A stretch of 64,000 nucleotides of DNA from Gammaproteobacteria bacterium AqS3 (GTDB lineage Bacteria > Pseudomonadota > Gammaproteobacteria > MEIF01 > AqS3): the NCBI GenBank assembly GCA_001750645.1, contig MEIF01000005.1:11776-75775 (forward strand). The letters are read 5' to 3'. The translations under genes and the position numbers were made by a program. Of this stretch, positions 47,260 to 56,741 are shown piece after piece (the stretch's first letter is position 1; every line of letters begins with the position of its first letter). The notes below the pieces were generated by a model. It had not been told where the DNA came from. It saw nothing but the letters and a program-made list of their open reading frames with translations, and did no database searches.

Positions 47260-47344
47260 ATTCTTCAGCCCGCACCGACCGATGCCGCCCTCAGGCTGCC
47301 GGGGGGTATAAAATGCGTCCGCAGCGCACTTGGGGGTCGTCGTC

Positions 47345-47644
47345 GTGCAGCTTGATATTCAGGGCCACCATGTTCAGCTCAGCGATGCCCTGCGTGAATA
47401 CATCGAAAAAAAATGCCGCCGGATTGAACAGCGCAATCCGGATCTCGACCTGCTTCGCGTCATCCTGACGGCTGACGGCGGCAAATTCCGCGCCGAAATG
47501 CAGACCCATGTTCCACGCAGGGATCGGGTCATTGCGCAGGCCGAGAGTGACGATATGTACGCGGCGATCGACCAGGCCGTGCGTTCGCTGGATGAGCAAC
47601 TGCGCCGCATCAGGGACAAGATCAACAAGTCGCGACACAGCTAA
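47345..47644 (+). CDS. hpf: Ribosome hibernation-promoting factor / RaiA family
   Basis: (M)QLDIQGHHVQLSDALREYIEKK...DMYAAIDQAVRSLDEQLRR. The GTG start at 47345 has GGGGG 8 nt upstream. Confidence 0.85.
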   Translation: MQLDIQGHHVQLSDALREYIEKKCRRIEQRNPDLDLLRVILTADGGKFRAEMQTHVPRRDRVIAQAESDDMYAAIDQAVRSLDEQLRRIRDKINKSRHS

Positions 47645-47646
47645 CC

Positions 47647-49008
47647 GTGGCTGGGCAGTTCGCAGAGAAGCTTCCGCAGGCAGGGGAAGAACTGCTGGAA
47701 AAAATCACGGGGGCCAACCCGTCGATGCTGCGCAGCCTGATGAGCTCCCTGAGCAGCGGCGAATTGGCACAGCTGCTGGAGCAGTCGCTGCCGGCACAGC
47801 GCGCGGTGCTCTGGAACCTGCTGGACGAGGACGCCGCCGCCGAGGTGCTGCACAGCCTTAACACCGAGGTCAGCTCGGAGATCCTGCACGACCTGCAGCC
47901 CGATCAGATCGCCTTCCTGCTCAGCAGCACCAGCGACGACGACCTGGCCGACATCCTGCAGAGCCTGCCCAAGACCCTGACGCAGGCCGTGCTGAATCAG
48001 ATGGACGAGCACGACCGCAGCCGCTCCGAGAGGGCCCTGTCCTACGACGCCAACACCGCCGGCGGCCTCATGACCACCGAACTGATCACGGTCGGGCCGG
48101 ACCACCTGCTCAAGACCGTGGCCGACCAGGCGCGCAGGCATATCGCCACCCTGCCCGAAAACCTCGACAGCCTGCTGGTGGTGGGGCGCGACAACCAGCT
48201 GCTCGGCAGCCTCCCGCTGATCAAGCTGGCGCTGCTCGATCCCAGCCTGACGGTGCGCGAGGTCATGGAGACCGACAGCCTGACCCCCCTGCCGCACACG
48301 CTCAGCAGCGCCGAGGTCGCAGAGCGGTTTCAGCTGAACCACTGGGTCAGCGCACCGGTCATCGATGAGGACGGCCACCTGGTCGGGCGCATCACGGTCG
48401 ATGACATCGTCGAGCTGGTGCGCGATCAGGCCGAGAGCGCCCTGCTGAACATGGCCTCGGTCAAGGACCACGAGGACACCTTCGCACCGACTCTCAAGGT
48501 CATGCGCCTGCGCGCCTTCTGGCTCGGAATCAATCTGCTGACCGCGCTGCTGGGCTCCTCCGTGATCAAGCTGTTTGAGGAGACCATTGCCCAGGTGATC
48601 GCCCTGGCCGTGCTGACCCCGCTGATCGCCAGCATGGCCGGCGTCGCCGGCATTCAGACATCGACCATCGTGGTGCGCGCCCTGAGTCTGAATCAGCTGA
48701 ACCGCCAGAACCGCTGGTGGCTGCTGCGGCGCGAGTTCTATGTCGGCTTCGGCAACGGGCTGATATGGGCGGTCGTGATGGCCGTGCTGGCATCGGCCTG
48801 GTTCAACGACACGACGATCGGGGCGGTCATTGCCCTGTCGATTCTGATCAGCCTCAGCTGTGCCAAGTCCATCGGCGTGCTGCTGCCGCTGGCGCTCAAG
48901 AGGCTCGGCAGCGATCCGGCGCTTTCGACCGGGGTCATCCTGACCACCTTCACCGATGTCATCGGCTTTCTCTCATTTCTCGGGCTCGCCGCCTGGTTCT
49001 ACGGCTGA
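47647..49008 (+). CDS. mgtE: Magnesium transporter MgtE
   Basis: An N-domain, tandem CBS region (GGLMTTELITV..., VIDEDGHLVGRITVDDIV) and a C-terminal five-TM MgtE domain (TPLIASMAGVAGIQ..., TTFTDVIGF). Confidence 0.9.
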   Translation: MAGQFAEKLPQAGEELLEKITGANPSMLRSLMSSLSSGELAQLLEQSLPAQRAVLWNLLDEDAAAEVLHSLNTEVSSEILHDLQPDQIAFLLSSTSDDDLADILQSLPKTLTQAVLNQMDEHDRSRSERALSYDANTAGGLMTTELITVGPDHLLKTVADQARRHIATLPENLDSLLVVGRDNQLLGSLPLIKLALLDPSLTVREVMETDSLTPLPHTLSSAEVAERFQLNHWVSAPVIDEDGHLVGRITVDDIVELVRDQAESALLNMASVKDHEDTFAPTLKVMRLRAFWLGINLLTALLGSSVIKLFEETIAQVIALAVLTPLIASMAGVAGIQTSTIVVRALSLNQLNRQNRWWLLRREFYVGFGNGLIWAVVMAVLASAWFNDTTIGAVIALSILISLSCAKSIGVLLPLALKRLGSDPALSTGVILTTFTDVIGFLSFLGLAAWFYG

Positions 49009-52000
49009 CGATCCCGCCGTCGGGATGTCGTCCTCTGAAATGATGCGGCTGACCTCGGGCTCGTCCAGCGTCCCGCCAATGTGAAACTGGATGCCCGAGG
49101 CGTCGTTGATGCGCTTGCGCGCAGCCAGCGAGGCCACGACCATCGGCCACTGGCCGATCGCGGCGAAGAACAGGGAGGCCGAGGTCCCGAGCGGCGCCTC
49201 GACGTGGCTGAACAGGTCCAGGCGCTCAGGCCAGCCCGTCCAGGGCTTGTCCGAGTCCTCGTCGGGTGCGCCCCGCCCGGCCGCATCTGCGGCCGATGCA
49301 CCGGGCACAGGGCGGACGCTTTCGGGGGGCTTTGATGTCTGCCGCAGCACCCTGCCGGTGATGTGCGTGACCCCGGCCGAGTTCTCAATCCGAATCCCCT
49401 TGCCGGTCAGCTCGATTTCCCCGTCGCTGATGCGCAGGCCGCCCCGCAGTCGATCAAACTGGATCCCGCGGTCAAACAGCCAGCGAAAATCCAGCTTCAT
49501 GGTGCGCTTGATGACGCTGTTGAGATTGATCATGCTGCCGAGGCGAAACAGAAACGAGTTGCTGCGGCTGACGCGCAGCCCGCCCTGCGACAGGTCGACC
49601 TCAAGATCGCCGTTGAACTCGGCGCTCTGAAGCCGCTCGGGGATGTCCTGCAGCGAGCCGTTCCAGTCGAGCAGCAGGCCGAACTCGGCGCCGCCCAGAT
49701 TTTCAATGACTTCGACATCGGCGAGCACCTGCTCCAGCGAATCCGTGCCCAGCTGCCCCTCCAGCTGACTCACCGCACCGTCGTAGCGATAGATCAGCGG
49801 CTCCTCGCCGGCGATGTAAAAACCCATTGCATCGGCGTCATACACGCGCATCTCGGAGCGGTCACTGGCCAGCAGGATGTCCAGATCGGCGCTGATGGGG
49901 GCATCGAGCCCCGCCGCATCCAGCCGCCTCAGATCGACCGACAGGTTGACGCCGTCCCCGGCAAACAGCCCGTCTGAACCCAGCTGCATCTGCTCGAACC
50001 AGACATTGCGCCAGAGCAGCTGGTCGAGCCGCAGATGCAGCCCCCGCAGGCCAAACTCCAGCGAGCCCCTGATGTGACGGCTGACAAAGTTCAGCGGCTC
50101 ATCGGGCCGCTTGGTCAGTGCGAGGTTCTCCAGGTTCAGCCCCAGCACCTCGGCGCGCTGTGCCGACACATCGATGTGCAGGGCAATGCCTTCCGCTCCG
50201 GCGCCGGTGTCGATGAGCGGGAACCACTGCATCGGGTGCAGCTGTGCAAGCCGCCCGCTGACGCTGAGACCGGGCGCCAGCCGCTCCGGCCAGCCGGGCT
50301 GGAAGCGCCCCAATTTGAGGCTGGAGCGCCACTGATCCTGCTCATACTCAACCCGCCCGGCCAGGCGCTCGCCGTGGCGCGCCTCGTAAACCGAGGGGCG
50401 CTGCCGCTCATCCAGGCTGATCTGGGCGTCAACCCGCAGGGGTTCGGTGGAGCCCGACAGATCCAGCGCCGGGGGCAGCTGCGTGCGCACGCGCCCCAGA
50501 TCGAGCGCCACCGTCAGGGGCAGAACATCGCCGCGCGCGCTGTCCAGGATCAGGGTGCCGGTATGGCGCACCGGCCCCTGCAGATGCCGGGTAATCGACT
50601 CGGGAAAATCCAGCGAGGCGAGCAGATGATCGATGGGGATCTCGCCGTCAAAATCGATCCGGCTGACCCCGGCTCGCTGCTCCTCTTTCAGCCGCAGCAC
50701 CACCGAGGTGTCAAAGACGCGCGCCCGCAGCCCGTCGCTCTGCAGCAGCCCGAGATTGCGGTAGCGCAGCGGACCCTGCATGGACGCCACCCTGAAACCC
50801 GAGCCGGCGAAGCCGAGGTCAACGCCCTGGAGCATCATGTCAATGTTCAGATCGAGGGTTTCCGTCGGGTTGCCGAGCGACCAGCCGATCCGGCCGTTGG
50901 CCGAGACCGGGCCGGACAGCTTCATCCTGTCGGAAAACAGATCGCGCACGTTCTGCGGCACAGGCAGCCGCCCGATCACGCCCGTCAGGGCGCCGGCATC
51001 GGCGTCAATGCGGGCGTCCACCCGGATGGGGGCGACGGCCCCGCCTTGGCTGAGATCGATGTCCAGACGCCCCCCGGGATGCACCGGCAGCCCTGAAAAC
51101 CTGCCCTCGCTCAGACTGAACCGAACATGCCGGTTGAGCTTGAAGTCGAGCACCCCGGACAGGTTCTCGACCAGATCATCCTGCTCGAAGAGCCGCGCCC
51201 TGCCGCCCTTGACGGCCAGACGCATGTTGAGGCTGCGGCGCAGATCCGGATGAATGCGCACCGGCAGACCCTCGAAGATCAGCACGCCCCGGGCGGCCTC
51301 GGCGCGGATGCTGCTGCCGAGCCATTCGGACACCGCCGCAGTCGCCTCGGTCGAGGGCAGGAATTCGTGCATGTATTGTCCGCGCCCCTCGGCAATGCCG
51401 ACCGACATCGACATCCGCACATCCCGGGGCCGCTCCAGCGGCAGCCGCAGGCCGATCTCAACGCAGGCCGAGCCGGGGTCGTAGCTGATGCAGATCGGCT
51501 CGGTGAGAAAGCGCATCCGCCTGCCGTCGAGACGCCAGCCCAGCACGACCCCGATATCGGGGATCTGCCAGATGCTGCTGAACAGCCTCGGCATGCCGAG
51601 CGTCAGCCGATCCGATGCCGCCCGCACCAGCCCGGAGCGCAGCGAGCCGTCCAGAACGCCCGAGACCTCGCTGATTTCGGGAACCGAGTTCCACGAGGAG
51701 ATCTCCACCGAGTCAAAGCGCGCCCGGATGCGGGCCTCGCTCGGATCCGCGCCCAGCCGGTGCCGGATGTGCACGGGCCCGATCATCCCGCGCAGATCGA
51801 CCTGCCGCACTCCGGCATTGATCGGATCGCTCAGCAGCCGCATATCGATCAGCGCCGCCACACCGCTGGACAGGTCGATGCGATCCAGCTGCACGGCGAT
51901 CTCATCGTCCTCACTCCAATTCAGCGAGAGCACCCCCAAATCCACGCTCTCACCGTTGACGTTCAGGTGCGAGAGATCGGCGTCCAGGCTCAAACCGCCC

Positions 52001-52863
52001 CCGGCCTCCTGGTGACCCAGCAGCGGCAGCGCCGGGAGATTGATGCGCAGCTCGCCGGGGCCGGCGCGCCTCTTCCAGAGCAGCCTGCTGGGGTGCAGGG
52101 TGCCGGCCATGCGAAAGCCCTCATCGCCCAGCGCGCCGATCAGCTGCATCCCGGTGACCAGCTCAATGCCCGCAAAGGACAGCAGATCGGAGGCGTCGAG
52201 GTCGTCCAGCTGCAGCTGCCAGTTGACGCGGTCGTCCTGGTCGCGCGCATACAGGTGCAGCTGCGGGGGACGCTGCCCGGGGATCGCCAGCTGCTCCGGC
52301 AGATGCGCATCCAGGCGCAGATGCACCGAGCCGTCGAACTGTCGCCAGTTGAGATCGATGGGGGTGAGCCGCAGCACCTGTCCATCCGGCAGGTTGAGGG
52401 TCAGCACGGCCGAGTCAATCGATCCCGAATTCATGACCCAGTCCGAAATGACCCGCTGCACTGCGCGCCAGTTGATCGGATCGGCGTCGGCATCCGTGAA
52501 GTCCAGATCGACATTCAGCCCCTCGATCCGCAGCAGCGAGGCGTCCCGGCCCATGACCCAGTCGCGCAGGTTGAAGCGCAGCACCAGGCTGTCCGCCCGG
52601 GCCCTCCAGAGCACCCTGGCGCCCCCGGCCAGGTCGATGTGGTGCGCCTCAAGGCGAATGCCCCAGTCGCCCCAGTCGCCGTCGATATCCCGGACGGAGA
52701 ACTCCTCGACCGCACCGGCGAGGCGATCCTCAAGCCATGCCGTGCGCTGCTCAAGCTGGCCGACCTGCCAGTAGAGCCAGTGCAGGCCGAGCGCGCAGAG
52801 CAGCAGCGCCCCGGCTGCTGTGCAGAGCAGCACAGACAATGCCCAGCTGACCGCCCGCCTCAC
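48973..52863 (-). CDS. yhdP: YhdP-family (AsmA-like) large envelope protein
   Basis: 1296 aa with an N-terminal TM anchor and repetitive beta-rich sequence. It sits directly after mreD with a GTGA overlap, the position yhdP occupies in enterobacterial mre regions. Confidence 0.8.
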   Translation of the reverse strand: MRRAVSWALSVLLCTAAGALLLCALGLHWLYWQVGQLEQRTAWLEDRLAGAVEEFSVRDIDGDWGDWGIRLEAHHIDLAGGARVLWRARADSLVLRFNLRDWVMGRDASLLRIEGLNVDLDFTDADADPINWRAVQRVISDWVMNSGSIDSAVLTLNLPDGQVLRLTPIDLNWRQFDGSVHLRLDAHLPEQLAIPGQRPPQLHLYARDQDDRVNWQLQLDDLDASDLLSFAGIELVTGMQLIGALGDEGFRMAGTLHPSRLLWKRRAGPGELRINLPALPLLGHQEAGGGLSLDADLSHLNVNGESVDLGVLSLNWSEDDEIAVQLDRIDLSSGVAALIDMRLLSDPINAGVRQVDLRGMIGPVHIRHRLGADPSEARIRARFDSVEISSWNSVPEISEVSGVLDGSLRSGLVRAASDRLTLGMPRLFSSIWQIPDIGVVLGWRLDGRRMRFLTEPICISYDPGSACVEIGLRLPLERPRDVRMSMSVGIAEGRGQYMHEFLPSTEATAAVSEWLGSSIRAEAARGVLIFEGLPVRIHPDLRRSLNMRLAVKGGRARLFEQDDLVENLSGVLDFKLNRHVRFSLSEGRFSGLPVHPGGRLDIDLSQGGAVAPIRVDARIDADAGALTGVIGRLPVPQNVRDLFSDRMKLSGPVSANGRIGWSLGNPTETLDLNIDMMLQGVDLGFAGSGFRVASMQGPLRYRNLGLLQSDGLRARVFDTSVVLRLKEEQRAGVSRIDFDGEIPIDHLLASLDFPESITRHLQGPVRHTGTLILDSARGDVLPLTVALDLGRVRTQLPPALDLSGSTEPLRVDAQISLDERQRPSVYEARHGERLAGRVEYEQDQWRSSLKLGRFQPGWPERLAPGLSVSGRLAQLHPMQWFPLIDTGAGAEGIALHIDVSAQRAEVLGLNLENLALTKRPDEPLNFVSRHIRGSLEFGLRGLHLRLDQLLWRNVWFEQMQLGSDGLFAGDGVNLSVDLRRLDAAGLDAPISADLDILLASDRSEMRVYDADAMGFYIAGEEPLIYRYDGAVSQLEGQLGTDSLEQVLADVEVIENLGGAEFGLLLDWNGSLQDIPERLQSAEFNGDLEVDLSQGGLRVSRSNSFLFRLGSMINLNSVIKRTMKLDFRWLFDRGIQFDRLRGGLRISDGEIELTGKGIRIENSAGVTHITGRVLRQTSKPPESVRPVPGASAADAAGRGAPDEDSDKPWTGWPERLDLFSHVEAPLGTSASLFFAAIGQWPMVVASLAARKRINDASGIQFHIGGTLDEPEVSRIISEDDIPTAGSSAVEPGGEPEK

Positions 52864-53243
52864 CCGGCGGGATGGTTGCGCCGCAGGTGGCGCAGCAGCC
52901 GATAGACCCCCGGCCAGACCAGCGCCCCGATGATCGAGCTCGACAGCAGCAGCCAGTTCCAGAGGTTTTCGGTCAGCAGAGTCATCAGGGTCAGCTGCAG
53001 GAGTTCAGACAGCAAAAGCATCAGGCCGACGAACAGCGACTGCTGCCAGCGCCGATACTGGCGCACGCGCAGCGTCAGCATCAGGCACAGCTGCACGGCC
53101 ACCAGATAGGCCAGTGCGTGGACACCGAAGGGTGTGCCCGTCACCGCATCCATCATCAGGCCGAATCCGACCGCCCAGTAGAGCGCCGGCATGGACAGCG
53201 CCAGCGACCAGTAGAGCAGCGCCAGCAGCACCCAGTCGGGCAT
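52860..53243 (-). CDS. mreD: Rod-shape-determining protein MreD (N-terminus possibly incomplete)
   Basis: MPDWVLLALLYWSLAL... matches the RPxWxxLxLxYW region of MreD and follows mreC. At 127 aa it is about 30 aa shorter than usual (see findings). Confidence 0.75.
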   Translation of the reverse strand: MPDWVLLALLYWSLALSMPALYWAVGFGLMMDAVTGTPFGVHALAYLVAVQLCLMLTLRVRQYRRWQQSLFVGLMLLLSELLQLTLMTLLTENLWNWLLLSSSIIGALVWPGVYRLLRHLRRNHPAG

Positions 53244-53307
53244 GACATCGGGCCACAGCAGACGACCGACAAAATACAGATGTTGATTCGCTCGATGACC
53301 AGCTCTC

Positions 53308-54129
53308 TCATCGGGCGGCGCCGGCGGTGCGGTGCGAGGTGTGTTTCTGAATCAGAATGAAATGCCGGCTCAGGTCGGCGCGCGCGCTCATCTTCGCCTC
53401 AACCTGCAGATAGTCCCCCTCGGGGGCGGTCCTCACCCGAGTGATGGTGCCGATGCGCAGACCGGCCCGGTAGTCGGCCAGCCCCGAAGTCACCAGCTCA
53501 TCCCCCACCTGCAGGTCTGAATCCGGCGGCACCAGCGCCGCCTCCAGCCGGTCAACCCCTCCGCCGTGCAGCAAAATTCGCTCGCCGGTGCGGGCGACCT
53601 CGGCCAGCACGCTGTGCGCCGGGTCGCTGACGGTGAGCACCTCGGAATCCTGCCACGTCAAGCTGGCCACGCGGCCGATCAATCCCCAGCTGTCCAGCAC
53701 CGCATGGCCCTCGAGCACACCGTGGCGGCTGCCGCGGTCAATCTGCAGGATGCCGGGGTTCAGCGCATCCGGGGGCGCCGCCAGCGAGGCGCCGATGACC
53801 TCGTTCTCGCCCAGACCCTCCGTGACCACCCAGAGCGCGCGCAGGCGCTCGTTCTCGCGGATGATCTCGCGCGCGCGCAGCAGCTGCCAGCGCAGCAGCA
53901 GCAGTTCGCGGTTGAGTTCGGTGATCTCGCGCGCCTGGGAGCGCTTGCTGCGCAGGTTGGAGCCGACGCGGCGCACCGAGTCGTCCAGCAGCGAGACCAG
54001 CGCGCGCACCGGGATCAGCGCCGAGTCGACCGTGTAGCGCATCGGCTGGAGCAGCGTGGTCTGCGTGTCAAACAGAATCAGCGCCGCCATTGCGAAGGCC
54101 AGCAGGACGCTCTTCAGGTTTCCCTGCAT
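53308..54129 (-). CDS. mreC: Rod-shape-determining protein MreC
   Basis: An N-terminal TM segment, a coiled coil (ELNRELLLLRWQLLRAREIIRENERLR) and a C-terminal beta domain, placed between mreB and mreD. Confidence 0.9.
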   Translation of the reverse strand: MQGNLKSVLLAFAMAALILFDTQTTLLQPMRYTVDSALIPVRALVSLLDDSVRRVGSNLRSKRSQAREITELNRELLLLRWQLLRAREIIRENERLRALWVVTEGLGENEVIGASLAAPPDALNPGILQIDRGSRHGVLEGHAVLDSWGLIGRVASLTWQDSEVLTVSDPAHSVLAEVARTGERILLHGGGVDRLEAALVPPDSDLQVGDELVTSGLADYRAGLRIGTITRVRTAPEGDYLQVEAKMSARADLSRHFILIQKHTSHRTAGAAR

Positions 54130-54138
54130 CGCCTTGCC

Positions 54139-55179
54139 CTAGAGCAGTTCAATATCCCAGCCGGCGTCGTCTATCCGCTCTATCGCCTTGCCGCCGCCCT
54201 CCGCAACGCAGGTCAGGGGGTTTTCAGCGATGTGCACCGGCACACGCACGCGTTCGTTCAGGTATTTGTCAATGTCCCTCAGCAGCGCCCCGCCGCCGGT
54301 CAGGGTGACGCCGGACTCGCCGATGTCTGCCGACAATTCCGGCGGGGCCTTCTCCAGCAGGCTGTAAAGCGCCCGGGCAATCCCCTCCAGCGGCACGTTC
54401 AGCGCCTCGCATATCTCGGCGCTGGAGACCTGAACCGATTGCGGAATGCCCTCTGAGATATTGCGACCGCGCACATCCATGCCGCGGCTGTCGCTCGACG
54501 AGTGTGCACAGCCGATCTGAATTTTGATGTGCTCGGCGGTCGACTCGCCGATCACCAGGCTGTACTTCTGGCGAATGTATTCTGTGATGGCCTCGTCCAT
54601 GCCGTCCCCTCCGATGCGCACCGAATCCGCACAGACCACGCCCCCCAGCGCCATCAGGGCCAGCTCGGTCGTGCCGCCGCCGATATCGACCACCACCGAT
54701 CCGGTGGCCTTGTCCACCGGCAGACCGGTGCCAAAGGCCGCAGCCATCGGTTCGGGGATCAGATGCACCTGGCGCACCCCGGCTGAATCAACGGCATCGC
54801 GCACCGCGCGTCTCTCGACCTCTGTGGCCATGCAGGGAACCCCGACCATCACGCGCGGGCTGGGGCGCAGGAAACTGCCGCTGTGAACCTTGTTGATGCA
54901 GTACTGCAGAAGTTCCTCGGTGGCCTCCAGCTCGGCGACGACGCCGTCCCGAACCGGGCGCACCGTGCGAATGTTTTCGGGCGTGCGGCCCAGCATTTCC
55001 TTGGCCTTGCCGCCGACCGCGACCACCTTCGATCCGCGCCCTCCCATCTGGGTCTGAATCGCCACAACCGAGGGCTCGTCGATCACGATGCCGTGTCCAA
55101 CCATGTACACCAGGGTGTTGGCAGTTCCCAGATCAATGAACAAATCGCTGGAAAACAGGCCGCGCAACGACTTGAACAC
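54139..55179 (-). CDS. mreB: Rod-shape-determining actin homologue MreB
   Basis: DLFIDLGTANTLVY, VVDIGGGTTE and GGGALLRDIDKYL. The start is GTG at 55179. Confidence 0.95.
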   Translation of the reverse strand: MFKSLRGLFSSDLFIDLGTANTLVYMVGHGIVIDEPSVVAIQTQMGGRGSKVVAVGGKAKEMLGRTPENIRTVRPVRDGVVAELEATEELLQYCINKVHSGSFLRPSPRVMVGVPCMATEVERRAVRDAVDSAGVRQVHLIPEPMAAAFGTGLPVDKATGSVVVDIGGGTTELALMALGGVVCADSVRIGGDGMDEAITEYIRQKYSLVIGESTAEHIKIQIGCAHSSSDSRGMDVRGRNISEGIPQSVQVSSAEICEALNVPLEGIARALYSLLEKAPPELSADIGESGVTLTGGGALLRDIDKYLNERVRVPVHIAENPLTCVAEGGGKAIERIDDAGWDIELL

Positions 55180-55271
55180 AGTTGACCCGCAGCGGCCAGA
55201 GGGCGCGCATTATTCCACATAAGCGGCTAACTTCTGCCTTCACGTTCCCTCCTAAATCATAACGCTCTGCT

Positions 55272-56273
55272 ATGCTTTTGCGTTCGTCCGCTTCTCAGGG
55301 GACAGTGCGAATGACCGAATCCAGTCAGTCCGATCCGCCCCGAGAGAGCGCCCAGACTCAGCACAATCCACCGAGCGCCGCGGAAGACAGCTCATCCGAG
55401 GATTTCCAGCCGCAGCGGGGCAGCGCCTACACGATCGTCGAGACCTGGTTCGGTCGCATGCTCGTCAATATCCACGACCGCTACATCGGTCGAACGCTTC
55501 AGATCTACGGCGAGTACGGGCGGGATGAGGTCGAGGTGCTGACGCAGGTGCTCCCGCCCAGCGGCGCCGTGCTCTGCATTGACGCTGGCGCCAATATCGG
55601 CCCGCTGACCGTGCCGCTGGCCAGGCATCTGGGCATGCGCGCCGGCATCCACGCCTTTGAGCCGCAGCGCCTGATCTACCAGATGCTGTGCGCCAATCTG
55701 GCCCTGAACGAGTGCTGGAATGTCTTCACGCATCAGCTCGGTCTGGGCGACGTCGAAAGCGAAATGTTTCTGCCCGTGGCGCACCCCCACTCGGTCAACT
55801 TCAACTGGGGCGGTGTCAACCTGATAGAGGGATACGAGAGCGGCGAGGAGATCAAGGTGATCAGGCTCGACGACATGAACTATCCCGCAGTACACCTGAT
55901 CAAGGCCGATGTCGAGGGCATGGAGATACAGATGCTGCGGGGCTCCGAGAACACGCTGCTGAAGAGCCGCCCGGTGCTCTACCTCGAGAACGACCGAAAA
56001 GAAAAGTCCAGAGAGCTGCTCGAGATGCTGATCAAGGAGTTCAAGTACGACATCTGGTGGCACTACCCGCCGGTGGTCACCACGAACAATCACAACTGCA
56101 TCCCGGACGACTTCACGCCGATGACAAAAATCGTCTCGCTCAATATTCTCTGTCTGCCCCAGGGTCCGGATCACAATATCCAGGGGCCGTTCATCCGGGT
56201 TGAGGACCTCGACTACTGGCCGCCGGACCACTGGGAAACCGCCGACAGGCAGGCCGCCTCCGACACGGCCTAG
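55272..56273 (+). CDS. FkbM-family methyltransferase
   Basis: IDAGANIGPLTVPLA (SAM-binding loop), AFEPQ and IKADVEGMEIQMLRG. The start may be the second Met at 55311. Confidence 0.75.
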   Translation: MLLRSSASQGTVRMTESSQSDPPRESAQTQHNPPSAAEDSSSEDFQPQRGSAYTIVETWFGRMLVNIHDRYIGRTLQIYGEYGRDEVEVLTQVLPPSGAVLCIDAGANIGPLTVPLARHLGMRAGIHAFEPQRLIYQMLCANLALNECWNVFTHQLGLGDVESEMFLPVAHPHSVNFNWGGVNLIEGYESGEEIKVIRLDDMNYPAVHLIKADVEGMEIQMLRGSENTLLKSRPVLYLENDRKEKSRELLEMLIKEFKYDIWWHYPPVVTTNNHNCIPDDFTPMTKIVSLNILCLPQGPDHNIQGPFIRVEDLDYWPPDHWETADRQAASDTA

Positions 56274-56306
56274 CCGCGCCGTTTCAGGCCCCCGATCCGG
56301 TCCGGG

Positions 56307-56741
56307 TCACTGCACCCAGCGGATCGGATACTCCTCGCAGTCCGCCACGGCATCCTCGCCCAGCGCCCAGGAGCGGATTGAGATGCCGGCCTCGTGCACG
56401 CTCTCGGGGCGGCCGCTGACGAGCGGGTGCCAGTCGGGCAGCGCATCCCCCTGGGCGATGAGCCGGTAGGCGCAGGTTTCGGGCATCCAGCCCAGGTGCC
56501 CGCGCACCCACTCGGGGGTCAGGGTGACGCAGCCCGGCACGCGGTTTTGATAGTCCGTGCACCGGCAGCTCGTCAGGTCGAGAACCCGGCACGCGACGCC
56601 GGTGTAGCGCACCCGGCCGGCGCCGTCGGGGTCGAAGTGCTTGTGCAGGCAGCAGCGCGCACAGCCGTCGCAGAGCGCCTCCCACTCCTCGGGCGAGAAC
56701 TCCTCCAGGCTTCGACCCCTCCAGAAATCCGGGTTCACCAT
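56307..56741 (-). CDS. ycgN: YcgN-family (UPF0260) Cys-rich protein
   Basis: FWRGRSLEEFSPEEWEALCDGCARCCLHK...CRCTDYQNR...CAYRL. The start is at MVNPDFW (56741). Confidence 0.8.
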   Translation of the reverse strand: MVNPDFWRGRSLEEFSPEEWEALCDGCARCCLHKHFDPDGAGRVRYTGVACRVLDLTSCRCTDYQNRVPGCVTLTPEWVRGHLGWMPETCAYRLIAQGDALPDWHPLVSGRPESVHEAGISIRSWALGEDAVADCEEYPIRWVQ

